A DNA stretch of 64,000 nt from Raja brachyura (lineage: Eukaryota). The DNA lies in assembly GCA_963514005.1 (NCBI GenBank), contig OY740782.1, positions 21,204,001 to 21,268,000 on the forward strand. Reading direction: 5' to 3'. Shown here one piece after another: positions 12,180 through 25,369 of this stretch; position 1 is the stretch's first letter; each line of letters begins with the position of its first letter. Made by a program: the position numbers and the translations under genes. The notes beneath the pieces were generated by a model, which had not been told where the DNA came from, searched no databases, and was given only the letters and a program-made list of their open reading frames with translations.

Positions 12180-13420
12180 AGTTCAGAAGTCAGATATCAG
12201 AGGGGATGATACTTTCAAGCTTTTGTACCTCCTGCCAGACAGTAGCAGGGAGAAGGTGGAATGACCAAGGTGGGACAAGTCTTTTCTAAGGCAGTGTAAA
12301 ATATAAATATAAATGTAGTCAATGATGGGAAGTTTGGACTGTGCTTTGTCTCCAAGTCTGTGGTCATGGGCAGAACTGTTCCCAAACCAAGCATTGATGC
12401 AATCCAACGGTATCCTTTCTATGGTGCATTTGTAGATGTTTGTAAGAGTCACTGGAGACATGTTGAATTTCCTCAGTCTCCTCAGGGATTCGAGGCATTG
12501 GTGCGCCGCATTGGCTAACGCATCAATGTGGTTGGTCCACAATGGATCGGTGGTCATATTAACACCAAGGAATTTAAAGCTCTCAGCCATTTTCACTTCT
12601 GCACCATTGCTGCTGACTGGGGCTTATAGAAGTCAGTAACTAGCTCCTTCATCTTGCTGACTTTGAGGGAGAGGTAATTGTCCTGACACCTGTCACTAAG
12701 TTCTCAATCTCCTTCCTATACCTTGTCTCATCATTATTCATGATCTGGCCCACCACAGCGATGTCATCTGCAAATTTGTAGATGGAGTTAGAGACAAATT
12801 TGGCCGCACAGTCATGAGGCATGTTGGCAGGGCACTAGTGTTCCACATTATTGTGGAGGCGGTCACCGTGGCGCAGTGGTAGACTTGCTGCCTTACAGCG
12901 AATGCAGCGCCGGAGTCACAGGTTCAATCCCGACTATCGTCTATCTGTACGGGGTTTGTATGTTCTCCCCGTGACCTGTCTGGGTTTTCTGCGAGATCTT
13001 CAGTTTCCTCCCACACTCCAAAGACGTGCAGGTTTGTAGGTTAATTGGCTTGATAAATGTAAAAATTGTTCCTCGTGGGATAGTGTTAATGTGCAGGGAT
13101 TGCTGGTCGGCGTGGACCCAGTGGGCCGAAGGGCCTGTTTTGCACTGTATCTCTAACCTAAACTAAAAATGTGTTGTCCACTATCCTCACTGACTGTGGT
13201 CTGTGGGTCAGAAAGAAGAGGTTCTGATGACAGAGGCGCGTGCTGTGTTCTAGGTCCATGAGTTTGCAGAAGAGTTTGGATGCGATTATGATGTTGAAGG
13301 CGGAGATAAATAGGTGATAAATAGGAGTCTAACATTGGAGTCCTTTGTGTCTAGGTGTTTCAGAGATGAGTTTAGTGTCAGGGAGATGGCATCTACTACG
13401 GACCGGTTGTGGTGGTCAGC
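12180..13420 (-). mobile_element. Rex1/Babar LINE RT fragment, interrupted by a SINE
   Basis: LQFADHHNRSVVDAISLTLN...NVRLLFI (13286-13420) and ESFKFLGVNMT...LRRLRKFNMSP (12183-12596). Confidence 0.85.
12858..13167 (+). mobile_element. Full-length HE1/V-SINE-like tRNA-derived SINE
   Basis: A-box-like GTGGCGCAGTGG, B-box-like GGTTCAATCC, core GTTTGTATGTTCTCCCCGTG...TTTCCTCCCACACTCCAAAGAC, CR1-like tail GGGCCGAAGGGCCTGTTT and (CTAAA)n end. Confidence 0.9.
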
Positions 13421-14979
13421 AAACTGCAGTGCGGATAAGGAAATGGGATAACATAGATCTAGTGTGAACAGGTGATTGATGGTTGGCATGGGCTTGAAGG
13501 GCCAAAGGGCCTGTTTCCATGCTGTGTATTTCTACTCGACCCTTTATGTGGAAAAGTGGGGAGTGGATTTAGTTTTGTACCGAAAATAAAATCAATTCAT
13601 ATTTACAGCCGGGTTTGAGGGACCTGAACATTTGTTCAATCAGGTGCCCTGTCCTGAAGGACACCCCGCAGTTTTAACCTTAAGGCCCTATTCGACTCCT
13701 TCCTTCAACACATCTCCCACCAACAGACTTTGACTTCAAAGCTTCAAAGAATGCAGTGTTACCTACCTGCTTCCTCTTTCCCACTGTAAACAGTCTGTTT
13801 TTCTGCTGGCATCATGGCAATGCATTAAAAAAAAATCTCTAGCCCTTTCAGAGTTGCTGACAGACCAGATGGTCAATTGGGATACAGGCCTGGCATTTTG
13901 GGGAACGTTCCTTGTTCTGGTAGTCAATTCCAATGAAAAGTTCAGCGCAATCTGCTGCATGAGCAACTGTTGAATGCCCACCGGTACCAGGATAAACCAG
14001 CGTAAACCTTGTTACAAAATTAAAGCTCTGATGCAGATCACCAGAAGGGCCAGAACACAAGTTTGCAATATAATAATGTTGAGGTTCATAGTTCTTTTAA
14101 ATTGTTACGTAACTTTTTTTCATCATCAATTTCTGACGACAATTCCATGGTCTAATCTATCAATTGTACCAGCTAAAATCAAAGGGTAGGGCATACATTT
14201 TCCGGTCAAATTTTCTGAAAGAACTGTAGCCATAAAGGAAGGAATCTGTGCCATTTGGGAGGTTTGCCAAAGGGCTGGGAGTGGTTTTGCGTAGTTCCAT
14301 TAAATACACGCACTTCAAACAGTCTGCAATGAATAAACTGAACATAGCTTACACAGAACAAAATAAACTCCATCAGGTAGTAACAATGCAGTCTAAATAT
14401 TATTCCTTTAACTTTACCCAACCTGTTATGCAGATACTAAACAATAGAAATAACCATTCCATAATCCATCACATAAATCCATGATGGATTAATTAGGCTT
14501 CATAAAGTCATTGTCTTGAGAGGTTGTATGTCTGGAGACTGGCTGAGCTAGGTAGATTAAATGAGGCCATTTTCTCATGATGTCAGATTTTACAAGTAAA
14601 TAGGCAAGGTGTAGGGTCCTTTGTAAGATTGGTGATTTGTTTTCCTGATGTGATCAAGCGCAGTAACATGTTCTCATTATCTCTCACTTTTTCTATCGCA
14701 CATTGTGACCGGGGTTCAATCTGACCTCTGGCGCAGTCTGTGCGGAGTTTGTTCACACTCCCTGTGCTCTGGTTTCCACCCAGCTCCTGTCGACATGCGC
14801 GTTGCTTTAAAAAGCTGTGACATATCGGTAATGTAGGTGAGTGGAAGGAGGATCAGGCAGTTGAAGGTGTGACCTTTGCTCTGGAACTGTAAAGCTATTT
14901 TGCTGTCAACTGTGTTTTGCACTCTGGTATTTGTATTTTTGCCTGCGTGTTGCACTCACGTATAGTATGATCTGATTTA

Positions 14980-15285
14980 GCTTATTTTAGTTTAGAGAAA
15001 CAGCGTAGAAACAGGCCCTTTGGTCCAACGAGTCCGCGCTGACCTGTGATCCCCACACCTTATCACCACACCATCTTACATGCACTAGGGACAATTAAGC
15101 ATTAAAAAAAAACAATTTTCCCTTCAAATCCATATGTCTTGAAGTGTGGAACTGGAGATCCCGGAGAAAACCCACGCAGGTCACAGGGAGAACGTACAAA
15201 CTCTGCACTGACAGCACCCATAGTCAGGATCTAACCTGGGTCTGTGGCGCTTTGTAAAGCAGCAACTCTACCACTGCGCCACTGG
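14980..15285 (-). mobile_element. HE1/V-SINE-like SINE
   Basis: Reverse complement matches the head, core and tail of 12858-13167. Confidence 0.85.
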
Positions 15286-15942
15286 GCCACCCATGATTTA
15301 ATTGCATAGCACACAAATAAAAGCTTTTCACTGTGCAGTGGTACACGTGACAATAATAAACCCGTACCAATGTGTTCCTGTGTTCACAGGGGAATAAGTG
15401 AAGGAATGGATCTGAAGAAAATGCTCTGAGAGGTGGTGTAAACTCAATGTGCCAAATGATCTCTTTCCTTGTCATAGGAAAATGTGAAAAATAACATGAG
15501 AACACTATTTCCTCACTCATAGTCTTCTAATTTTCTCTTAGTCTCAAAATACGTAGATCCAGTAGTCTCGTGGTTTGGTTATAGGACAAATAACAAGAAG
15601 CTTGAGTTATTAATCTGGCACTGTGAATTCAAATCCCACATGGCAACTAGAGAATTTAAATTCAAATAATTAAATAAATATGGAATTATAAATCCAGTGG
15701 CACCAGTGAAGCTACTGACTGTGCTTAAAAATCCATCTGATTCGCTCATGTCCTATATAGAAGAAAATCTGCTGGCCAGTAAATGACTCCAGACGCCCAA
15801 AGGGTTTAACTTTCAAAAGAGTCAGTGATTTCAGTGATTTCAGACACTGTTATGGTTGAACTATAAATACTGGACTTGCCGCTGACTGTTAATGAATGCA
15901 AAGAGAAAAGAGTGAATGTGCTCTCTTGGGGCTTATTCCTTA

Positions 15943-16520
15943 AGGGCCTGTCCTACAAGCATGCAACTCCATGCGATGAGCGCGACCTAACGTGGTCGCT
16001 TGAGCCGTCCGGCGTCGCGGGGCCGGTCCCACTTCGATCGCCAGAGCTGTGCGGAATTGTGCGGAGTTCGTCCCGACATCGCGCGGGGCTCTGAAAAACT
16101 GACTATGTTCGGAAATTCCGCGCGGCAACGGCTTGTCGGCTCGCAGTCGCCTCGACGCATTACACACCGCCTCGACGTTGTGCCTCCGTGACTCTCTCGG
16201 TAGGTGCCTCTGTGACCCTCTATGTGTGTGGCTCCGTGGCCCTCTCTGTGTGTGCCTCTGTGCCACTCTCTGTGTGTCCCTCTCTGTCCTAGCGAACTTA
16301 CCTGAAGACTTTGCTCCAAGTTCGCCTCACTTTGCGCCGTGTTGCACCACTCACCCGACCTCCGCACGGCCCCCGCTGCCGGTTTGGTCGCGCTTGCCAC
16401 ATGCAGGCGCATGCTGGTGGGAACGGCCCTGTACAGGGGATCACCCGACCTCCGCGCGGCCACCGCTTCTAGTTTGATCGCGCTCATCGCATGGAGTCGG
16501 ATGCTGGTAGGACAGGCCCT
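15943..16520. mobile_element. PIF/Harbinger-type MITE
   Basis: ~50-bp imperfect TIRs AGGGCCTGTCCTAC...GTAGGACAGGCCCT, TTA on both flanks (15940-15942, 16521-16523), no transposase, internal low-complexity tract. Confidence 0.85.
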
Positions 16521-16729
16521 TTAAACAGCTCTGCCTCTCTCTTTGCATTTTCTTTTAACACCTTTCGAACATTATATCTTCTACCAAGCTCATAATTCCT
16601 TCTCTTCTGACACTGAAGATCCACTCTATGCTTATATGTGTATCGCTTGGGGTTAATTTTGCTATAAATGTATTGCATATAAATAAATTTGTAATATTTT
16701 TAAAAGTCTTAAAAAGTCTCAAGCTCTAC

Positions 16730-17025
16730 TTTTAGTTTTAAAGATACAGCAAGAAACAGATCCTTCGAGTCCATGCCGACCATTAATCACCTGTTGACAC
16801 TAGTTCTATGTTATCCCACTTTCACATTCACTCTCTACACACTGAGGGCAATTTGCAGAGGTCAATTAACCTACAGATCCACAAGTCTCTGGGATGTGGC
16901 AGGAAACCAGAGCACCTGGAGTAAACCGACGTGGTCACAGGGAGAACATGCAAACTCTACACAGACAGCACCCGAACTCGGGTTTCTGCCGTCGTGAGGC
17001 AGCTCCCGCAGCTGCACCACTGTGC
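16730..17025 (-). mobile_element. HE1/V-SINE-like SINE
   Basis: Reverse complement shows the SINE core and the (CTAAA)-like tail. Confidence 0.8.
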
Positions 17026-18229
17026 TGACTGTCAAGTATTTTTACAAAACTTTTTTTACAAATTTTGCAAGTATTTTTAATGAAATAATATTTTGTCCAT
17101 TTATTGTGGAAACCCACATCAAAGTATTTCTCTCACACATTTTGTGAATATTGGATTCACTGTTTCAAGAACCAGATTTTCACAATGATTTAATTAACAC
17201 AGGACGTCATTGAAGGGGAGAAGCAAAGTGAAATTCAAAATAAATAATGTTCTGAACATTGCATTTTTAAACAGCATGTTTCATAAAACTGATTGTAATC
17301 ACCTTATTTTTAGTGATAATTTGAAGTGGCTTTGAGACTTCAATAAATTTCACTATTAGCAAGCTCATGGAGTGATCTCAACAGAAATATGAGACATTGA
17401 CTATTATTAAAGCCTGCATTAACTATGAATGCTGGCGCCACATACATACGTTCACAAATATGCGCCTGTCTGAAACAATTTAAAATATTTTTGGCAATAG
17501 TAACATGTTAGAAATACAGATTCAAGAATGTGCTAAGTATTAGGAGCTGCAGGATTGAAGTATCATATCTGAAACCCATCACATTGCGTTTACCTTTAAC
17601 AAGGTCTCACTATCAGTGGCTCAGTTGCCAGTTGGGTCATTTCTAACAGCCATCACACAGACCTGGTCCGGGATTTCATGATCAACAACGTATTCCATCA
17701 GCCTAAGTGCCTCGTTGCAGTCCTTCCAAATGCTGATATCATCAACAGTGATCCTTTGACATGATTCTGTACCTGCAACAGATAAGAGTTGTTACCTTTG
17801 TCAATGCAACACTACAATTGGAAATAAAAAGGACACTGTTTTACCTTTCTGATTCTTCTTCTACATCACAAGTTGATAGGTGACGTCCATAAAGAAACGG
17901 TACAATATATATTTGAATACACGTGATGGGCATATTGCTTTCACCCATTAAGTAAATTGATAGTCGAAAGGAAATTCCATGACCCTATATAGGAGATAGT
18001 TACATTCTTGAGGAGTCTCGTACTTTCCGTTCCATGTTCATTTGAAAAAAATACAAATCCCATAAATTAAAGAGGAAATCTTTTAAAGAACAGTGACAGG
18101 TGGAGTGAGTATCTACTGACCGTCAGTAGCGGAGGTTCAGCATAATGATGTGAAGTACATTGTGCCTCCCATCTGTATGTTCATCCACACACAGCCTTTC
18201 AGTCATTTCATAGCTATCAAGTTAAATGA

Positions 18230-21050
18230 TAGTCACAGTCATACGGCATTGAAGCAGTCGCTTTAGCCAACTTGTTCATGCCAACCAAGATGCCCCATCA
18301 ACGTTAGTCCCCCTGCCTGCATTTGGACCATAACCCTCTGAACTTTTCCTATCCATGCGCCTGTCCAAATATATTTTAAGTGGTGTTATAATACCTCCTC
18401 TGGAAGCTCGTTCCTTATACACACTACCCTCTGTGTGAAAAAGGTTGTCCTTTAGGTTCCTATTAAATCTTTCCCCTCTCACATTAGACCTATGTCCTCT
18501 GGTTCTTGATCCCACTACTCTGGGTAAAAGATTCTGTGCCTTCACCATAATTCCCCTCATAATTTTATGCAGCCCTCCCTATAAGATTAGCCTCATGTGC
18601 TCCAAGGAATAAAGCCCTAACCTGTCCAATCTCTCCCTTTAGTTCAGGCCCTTAAGTTCTGGCAACGTCCTTGTAAATATTCTCGCACTCCTTCCAACTT
18701 AATGGCATCTTTCCTATAGCAGAATGAACAAAACTGAACACAATACTCCAAATACGGCTTCACCAACATTTTGTACAACTGTAACATAACATCTCAACTT
18801 CTGTACTCAGTACCCTGACTGACGAATGTACCAAACATCTTCGGACCACCCTATCTACTTGTGACACCACATTCAAGGAACTATGTACCTACACTCCTAG
18901 ATCACTCTGCTCAATAACACTCTCCTGGGCCCTCGCCCTCACCCTCGCACTTATCTGCATTAAACTCCATTACCCATTCCTCAGCCCACTTGCCCAGCTG
19001 ATCATAATTCTGGTGTAATTTTTGATAACTATCTTCACTATCTACAACATCACCCCCTTTAGTGTCATCTGCAAACATACATAATTTCTACATTCTCTTC
19101 CAAATCATTGATATAAACCAATGGGTCCCGCACTGATCCCTGAGGCACAGCACTGGTCACAGATCTCCAGCCCGATAAATAACCTTCCATCATCACCCTG
19201 TGCTTCCTTCCATGAAGCCAATTCTCTATCCAGTTGGCTAGCTCTCCCTGGATCCTATGCCATCCAACCTTCCAGAAAACCTATCATGCAGAACCTAATC
19301 AAAACCCTTGCTGACGCCTGTACAGACAATGTCTATGGCATCATTCTTGTCGACCTTTTAGGTTACTTTGTATTTCTCAGCTCAACCCATAGAGTCTCAC
19401 TAAACAAACCATCAGCAATGTCATCTCAGACTACTGCTGTGACATTTTTCTTAATCAGTAAAGCAACGCTCCTTCCTCTTTAACCTCCGTCTCTATCTCG
19501 CCTGTAGCACATGTACCCTGGAACATTGATTTGCCAGTCCTGTCCATCTCTTAGCCAGGTTTCTGTAATGGCCACAACATTCCAGTTGCACATATTTATT
19601 CAAGTCCTAAGTTCATTCGACTTACCCTTTTGGCATTTTGCATTAAAATAAATACAATTTAATCCAACAGTCCTTCCTTGCACCCTGCAAGGCTCCTACC
19701 TAACCTGTCCACGAAACTTGCTTTCATCACCTTCCTTACCGACCTTCAACTTCTCATCTGTCTCAGTCCTGCATTGCATCCCATCCCACTTGCAATCTAG
19801 TTTAAACCCACCCGAGAAGCACTAGCAAATCAACTTGCCATGGTATTGGTTCCCTCCAGTTCCTCTTGTACAGCTCAGCTCTGACCCAGAAGAGATCCCA
19901 TGGTCCAAATATCTGAATCCTGCTGCCTCCACCAACTCCTCAACCATGCATTCATCCATCCTATTTTCCTGTTCCTACCCTCACTAGCAGATGGCATTGG
20001 TAGTATCCCAGAGATCACTACCCTGGAGGTCATGCTTTTTAACCTTTTGCCTGATCTTAATGCACTTCACAGGGCCTCATCCTTTTTCCCACTTATGGTA
20101 TTTGTGCAAACGTGCACAATGACTTCTGGCTGCTCACCGTCCCCCTTGAGAATGTTGTGTTGTCGCTCCGAGACATCCTGGACCATGGCACCAGGAAGGC
20201 AACATACCATCCTAGCCTCTCATATGTTGCTGCAGTGGTAGAATTGCTGCCAAGTGGCGTAGCGGTAGAGTTGCTACCTTCCAGTGCCATGGGTCCAGTT
20301 TCGATCCTGACTATGGGTACTGTCTGTACAGAGTTTGAACATTCTCTCTGTGACGGCATGGGTTTTGTTGGGGTGCTCCGGTTTCCTCCACATTCCAAAA
20401 ACATGCAGGTTTGTAGGTTAATTGGCTTCTGTAAATAGTCCCTAGTGTGTAGATTTGAACTAGTGTGCAGGGATCGCTGGCTGGCACAGATTCGGTGGGC
20501 TGAAGGGCCAATTTTCATATTGTAACTGTAAACTAAACTAAATTAAACTAAACTAAACTGAACTAAACCACAGAATCTCCTGTCTGTCCCCCTATCTAAT
20601 GAGTCTCCTACTACTACGGCTCTGCCTGATATTACCCTTCCCCACAGGGCCTTAGAACCAGGCTTGATGCCACAGACCTGACTACTGATGCTGCTGCTCA
20701 CTCTTAACAGACCACCTCCGCAACAGTATCCAAAATATACCACTTTTGAAGGGGGAATGGGCACAGGGGTCTCCTGTTCACTTTGCCTGCTTTCTTTCCT
20801 TGTGGTCACCCATCTACTCTCTCCCTGCACCTTAGGTGTGACTACCTTGCTGTAACTCCTATCTATGAAGCTCCCAATCTCCCTGACGTTTGTGAAGTCA
20901 TTTAGTCGCTGTTCCAGTTCCCTAATGCATTCTGTCAGAAACTGCCACTGGTCACACATCCCTCACGTGTAGTCATCTGCAGAACCAGCAGGGTCTCTGA
21001 TATCCCACATGCTGCTGGAGGAGCATTCCACCATTCTAACTGCCATCTCT
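18230..21050 (-). mobile_element. Old, internally deleted CR1 LINE including an ORF1 esterase remnant
   Basis: 3' end SRTRGHRSNVRGERF (18276-18560); ORF1-like FLTECIRELEQRL...AVVVGDSLDRGTDRRFCG (20543-20959; GDS motif of CR1 SGNH esterase). Confidence 0.8.
20236..20566 (+). mobile_element. HE1/V-SINE-like SINE inserted in CR1 ORF1
   Basis: GTGGCGTAGCGGTAGAGTTGCT head (partly duplicated), core, (AACTA)n tail. Confidence 0.88.
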
Positions 21051-21482
21051 ACTGCACTAAAACACAACAATCACATACAAGAACAGCAGACCGTACCTAT
21101 ACCTCCCCGTTCACTCTCTGCTCAGCATCGTCACCGAAGCCTCATAAGCCAAAGCCGCACATTTCCATCATAGTAGTCATCTCATTTCCCTGAAAGAATG
21201 ATTACTGAAACAGGACAGAGACGTTGACTGATGAATGGTGACAACAACTGTGCTCATTTATTCTTTAGTGCTCAAGACTGATTGCCTTAAGTAGATTCAT
21301 CCACAAAGGTTTCCCCAGCATGAATGCAATATTGAATGTTGAAGGTTATCCTCAGGTTGCTATCAAGCTTGAAGGCAATCTGAACAGATCCATCAAATGA
21401 TCATACAGTAAGGTTCTGGCAGAATTTCAAGCGAAAACATTGTGTTGCTCGTCTCCACTGCCAGGTTAATAGTATTCTTAAG

Positions 21483-21580
21483 ATAGACACCAAGTGCTGG
21501 AGTAACTCAGCGCGTCAGGCAGCATCTCTGGGAAAAAAGGATGGGTAACGTTTTGGGTCGGGACCCTTCTTCAGACTGGA
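21483..21580 (-). mobile_element. Solo PLE pLTR with mutated hammerhead motif
   Basis: Reverse complement CAGTCTGAAGAAGGGTCCCGACCCAAAACGTTACC. Confidence 0.75.
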
Positions 21581-22944
21581 AGTCTGAATATTATCCTTGT
21601 CAGCTACCTTGCCAATACCACTATTGATACTATCCTTGTCAGCTCCCCCATTTTCCTCGGTGTGCGGGTGGAATCTGTGAAGAAAATTGATTCCAACCCA
21701 TGGATATTTGTGGTGTTAGAGGTAAAAAGAAAAAACAAAAATAGAACGATATCAATTGATAGTGGATGCCAGAGCAGGACAGAAGCATGGGCAAGGAAGG
21801 AAATAGGGAGAAGAGGCACAGGTATATTTATGAAACCTACCGGATCCCACAGTTATCTGCACCATATCTCCTCCACCCTGCCTCTTGCAAAGACACTATC
21901 CCCTTCTCCACCACATCTGCTCCCAAGAGGTGGCTTTCCATTCTAGGACATCCGAGATGTCCTCTTTCATGAGTAAATATAGATGTCATAGAATTATCTT
22001 CATTGTCATCCCTCACCCCTATCTTGCTGTCATCCCTCACCCACGTCTCCTCTGTGTCCCGTAGTTCTGCTCACACTAAAGTTGATTTAGGGCAGGATCG
22101 TGCATCACATTTACAACCTGGCTAATACAGTTCATTACAATCGGTGCAACTAGTAATGTTGACGACGCAGCTAACACAGTAAGCAATCTGAGTTACTGTC
22201 ATCCCTGAGTAACAGAGGAAAAATGTGGACAACCATCCAGGACAGAGATGAGAAGACATTTCTTCATCAGGGGAGTAGTGCACCATTACAATTCCCTATC
22301 CAACGGGGTTGTGGAGGTTCAGTGGTCGAGCATATTCAAGACAGAGATAAATAGGTTTTTTGCATATTACAGGAATTTGTCATCATGGAGTTGTTGCATG
22401 GAGAGTTGTGCAGGGACGAGGATCTCAATGGCCTGTCCCTGACTCTGTTTCTGTCTCTTATTTGCCCTTCCTCTTATCGGGTGTCAAGGGTTATGGGGAG
22501 AAGGCAGAAAAATGGGATTAGGAAGCATAGATCAGCCATGATTGAATGGTGGACTTGAAGGGCCAAATGGCCTGATTCTACTCCTATAACGTGAACTTGC
22601 TCATCAAGTCGCACATAATTTGGCAGGGTAAAATCTGGTCGAACCAAAGGATTTTACAGCAAAGAACGGAGCCACTCAACCAATTATGATTCAGCTGACT
22701 ACCTCCGTTGCAGTATTTAAAACGTTTTAGCATATTTCTCTTTTAAGACCTATTATGGATTATGTTTCTATTATACTTCTGATAGGATAATCCACCGCTC
22801 CAAAGATAGATCTCCTAAATCTCCCTTTTCTTTCATTTGACAGCTACTGCTTAGCTGGAAGCACTGAGTCAGAAAGACGTGGGTTCAAGTTGTACTCCAT
22901 AGAATTAAGCACAACATCTAAGGTGGTATTCTAGCTGAAGATTG

Positions 22945-23085
22945 ACTAAATGAGTGATTGTGCATGTAAGTGAGTATGAGTGAGCATGAGTGAATGAGTG
23001 TGAACACGAGTGACTATGAGTAAATGTGAATGTGTGCGTAAGTCAATGTGAGTGTGTGGGAGTGAGTGAATGGGTGAGTAAAGGG
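22945..23085. repeat. Degenerate (TGAG/TGTG)n simple repeat
   Basis: Directly visible. Confidence 0.8.
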
Positions 23086-23092
23086 GAGTAAA

Positions 23093-23290
23093 GGGGCCTG
23101 TCCCACTTGGCCATCGTTTGCGTGTCATTTACGCGACCTGGTAGCATGTGGGTAGCGTGATGGGCGCATGGAGTGGCGTGGAGGAGCGTGGGGTTGTCCG
23201 CAGTATCGCACAGCGCACCAGGATTTCGTGCTGCACAAAATCTTCGCGCGCCACCGGGCTGTCGCATAAATGATGGCCGAGTGGGACAGG
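23093..23290. mobile_element. Harbinger-type MITE; a related right end lies at ~23620-23719 and PLE pLTR pieces at 23290-23452
   Basis: GGGCCTGTCCCACTTGGCCATC...GATGGCCGAGTGGGACAGG; GATGGCCAAGTGGGACAGGCCCT at ~23697-23719. Confidence 0.75.
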
Positions 23291-25369
23291 GTGACGTTTC
23301 GGGTCAAATGGGTGACGTTTGGGGTCGAGAACCTTCGTCAGACTGAAACATCATCCTTTCCTTCTCCCCAGGGAAGCTGCCGGTCCCGCTGAGTTACTCC
23401 TGCATTTTGTGTCTATCTTCAATTTAAACCAGCATCTGCAGTTCCTTCCTACAGATTAATTTGGTCTGCAGCTTGCTACTTTTCATTCACCTCTTTTTTT
23501 GAATAGGGGCATTACATCTGCAGCTTTTCCAATTGCTAGCACCACTAAAGAAACTAGAACATTTTTGAAAATCATCATAAATATCATAAACTGGGTAAAT
23601 ATCAAAAATTGGGTATTCAAATGACGTCACGCACTCCAGACGACTGTGCGGACGCATGATGACGCGTGACAGTCACTACCGGCCTGTCACGTAAATGATG
23701 GCCAAGTGGGACAGGCCCTCAAGTGACAGGATAGCATGCAAAACAAACATTGTCATTGTATCTCGGTTGATTAATATACCAATACCAATACCAATTGTTG
23801 TGCTATTTCACTTCACTGTCCACACATCCCTTACTTCACTCAATATTCTAAAATCTATTGATTTCAGTTCTGAATGAACTTAATGACTGAGGCTCCAGCA
23901 TAGAAAACTCCAAAGACTCACAACCTTCTGAGTAGAGTAATTTCTCTTTATTTCAGTCCTTAATCTGAATCCGAGACCTTTGGATCTTGGAAAATAGCCT
24001 CCCTGCACCCTGTAAGAATATTTTATTCTTACAAAACAATAAGACCACCTCTCATTCTTCTAATTTTTGAAAAGAAATTTGTTTACTCAAATTTTCACAA
24101 AATAATCTTACCATTCTCAGAACTAGTTCTGGTAAATCATTACAGTATTTAGTTCCCTCTGTGCGAAGGTTATTCTTCTTTAGATTAGGAGACCAAATTT
24201 GTACGCAATATTGTTATCGCTCCAACGCCCACTACAATTGCACTACAACCTCTTTGTTAATAAAATTGAAATCTCGCTTCCCCTCCAAAATGCTGTCTGC
24301 ATCTGCTTGATTAAAATTAGATTTCAATGACTTATGTACAAAGACATGCAGGAGCCTTTGAGCATCAACATTTCCCAATATCTGCCATTTTAAAAGTATG
24401 TAAGTGAGTGTGAATGAGTTTGAGTCCGTGAGTGTGAGTGGCTTTAAGTGTTTGGCACTTCTTTGAAAATTCTGATAAGTAGTTCATCTGAGTCCTAGGG
24501 ACTTACTCGCTTTCAATCTAATCATTTCTTAATACATTTATTGTTACTTATTTCCTTCATTTCCTCATTCTCACCAGAGTTCTGCAATATTTCTACTTTT
24601 TTTCCTGTTTTCTTCTGTGAACATAGCCTTGAAGAATGTATTAATTTCCTGTTACTTCCTTCTTCTCATTGTGAATTGGCACATCTCTGTCTGACCATGT
24701 TTGCCCTCTCCAATGAATTCCTTACTGTACAATTGTAGAAGATCTAACAGACTCTGGTGATGTTTTTACCCAATTTGCTCATACTTTGTCTACCCTTTCT
24801 TCATCAATTCCACGTTCCTCCTCAGCTAAGTTCTACAAATGGCCCCAATCTGTTAGCCAACTGTTATTGCTGGCAACTTTACAAGCCTCTGCTTTTGATT
24901 TGATAGTATTTTTAATATCTCCTTTCATCCAAAAAGACCACTTTTTCTGTTGTGCTTCTGTGCTTTGAAAGATTTTTTGTGTGTTTTTTCCTTTTAATGA
25001 TCACAATTGCCTGTCCACTGCAATATCTCTTTATACAGTTTCCCAGCCAATGTATCCTTCATTGTTTATTTGTTTAGGTTTAAGGCCCAAATTCCAAATT
25101 GAATTAAATCAATTTCGAACTCTCTGTAAAATTCTATTGTACTATCATCACTCTTCTCTAGATTGTTAATTATCACTTTTTTCATATATGAGAATTAAAA
25201 TAACTTTTTATCTTGATTAGTCCCTCAGCATACTGATCCAGAAAATAATCTTACATACTGATCATGAATTTATCCTCCAACGTTTTACAGTTAATTTCAT
25301 TTTCCCAAACTATGTATAGATTAAAGTATCTCATGATTAGTGTATTATGCTTAAAATGTTGTATCTCCT

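Larger units (their letters stand above)
11547..17984 (-). pseudogene. Candidate decayed multi-exon protein-coding gene, unidentified; exons 17984-17845, 17772-17594, 14323-14197, 14007-13767, 11616-11547
   Basis: All segments lie in non-repeat DNA with AG acceptors and GT donors on the minus strand. One continuous frame gives 5 stops in ~250 codons, with the 241-nt and 70-nt exons fully open. No homology search was possible. Confidence 0.5.

Noticed and set aside
12858-12935. tRNA gene
   Set aside because: It is the tRNA-derived head of a SINE, continuing into SINE core and LINE-like tail.
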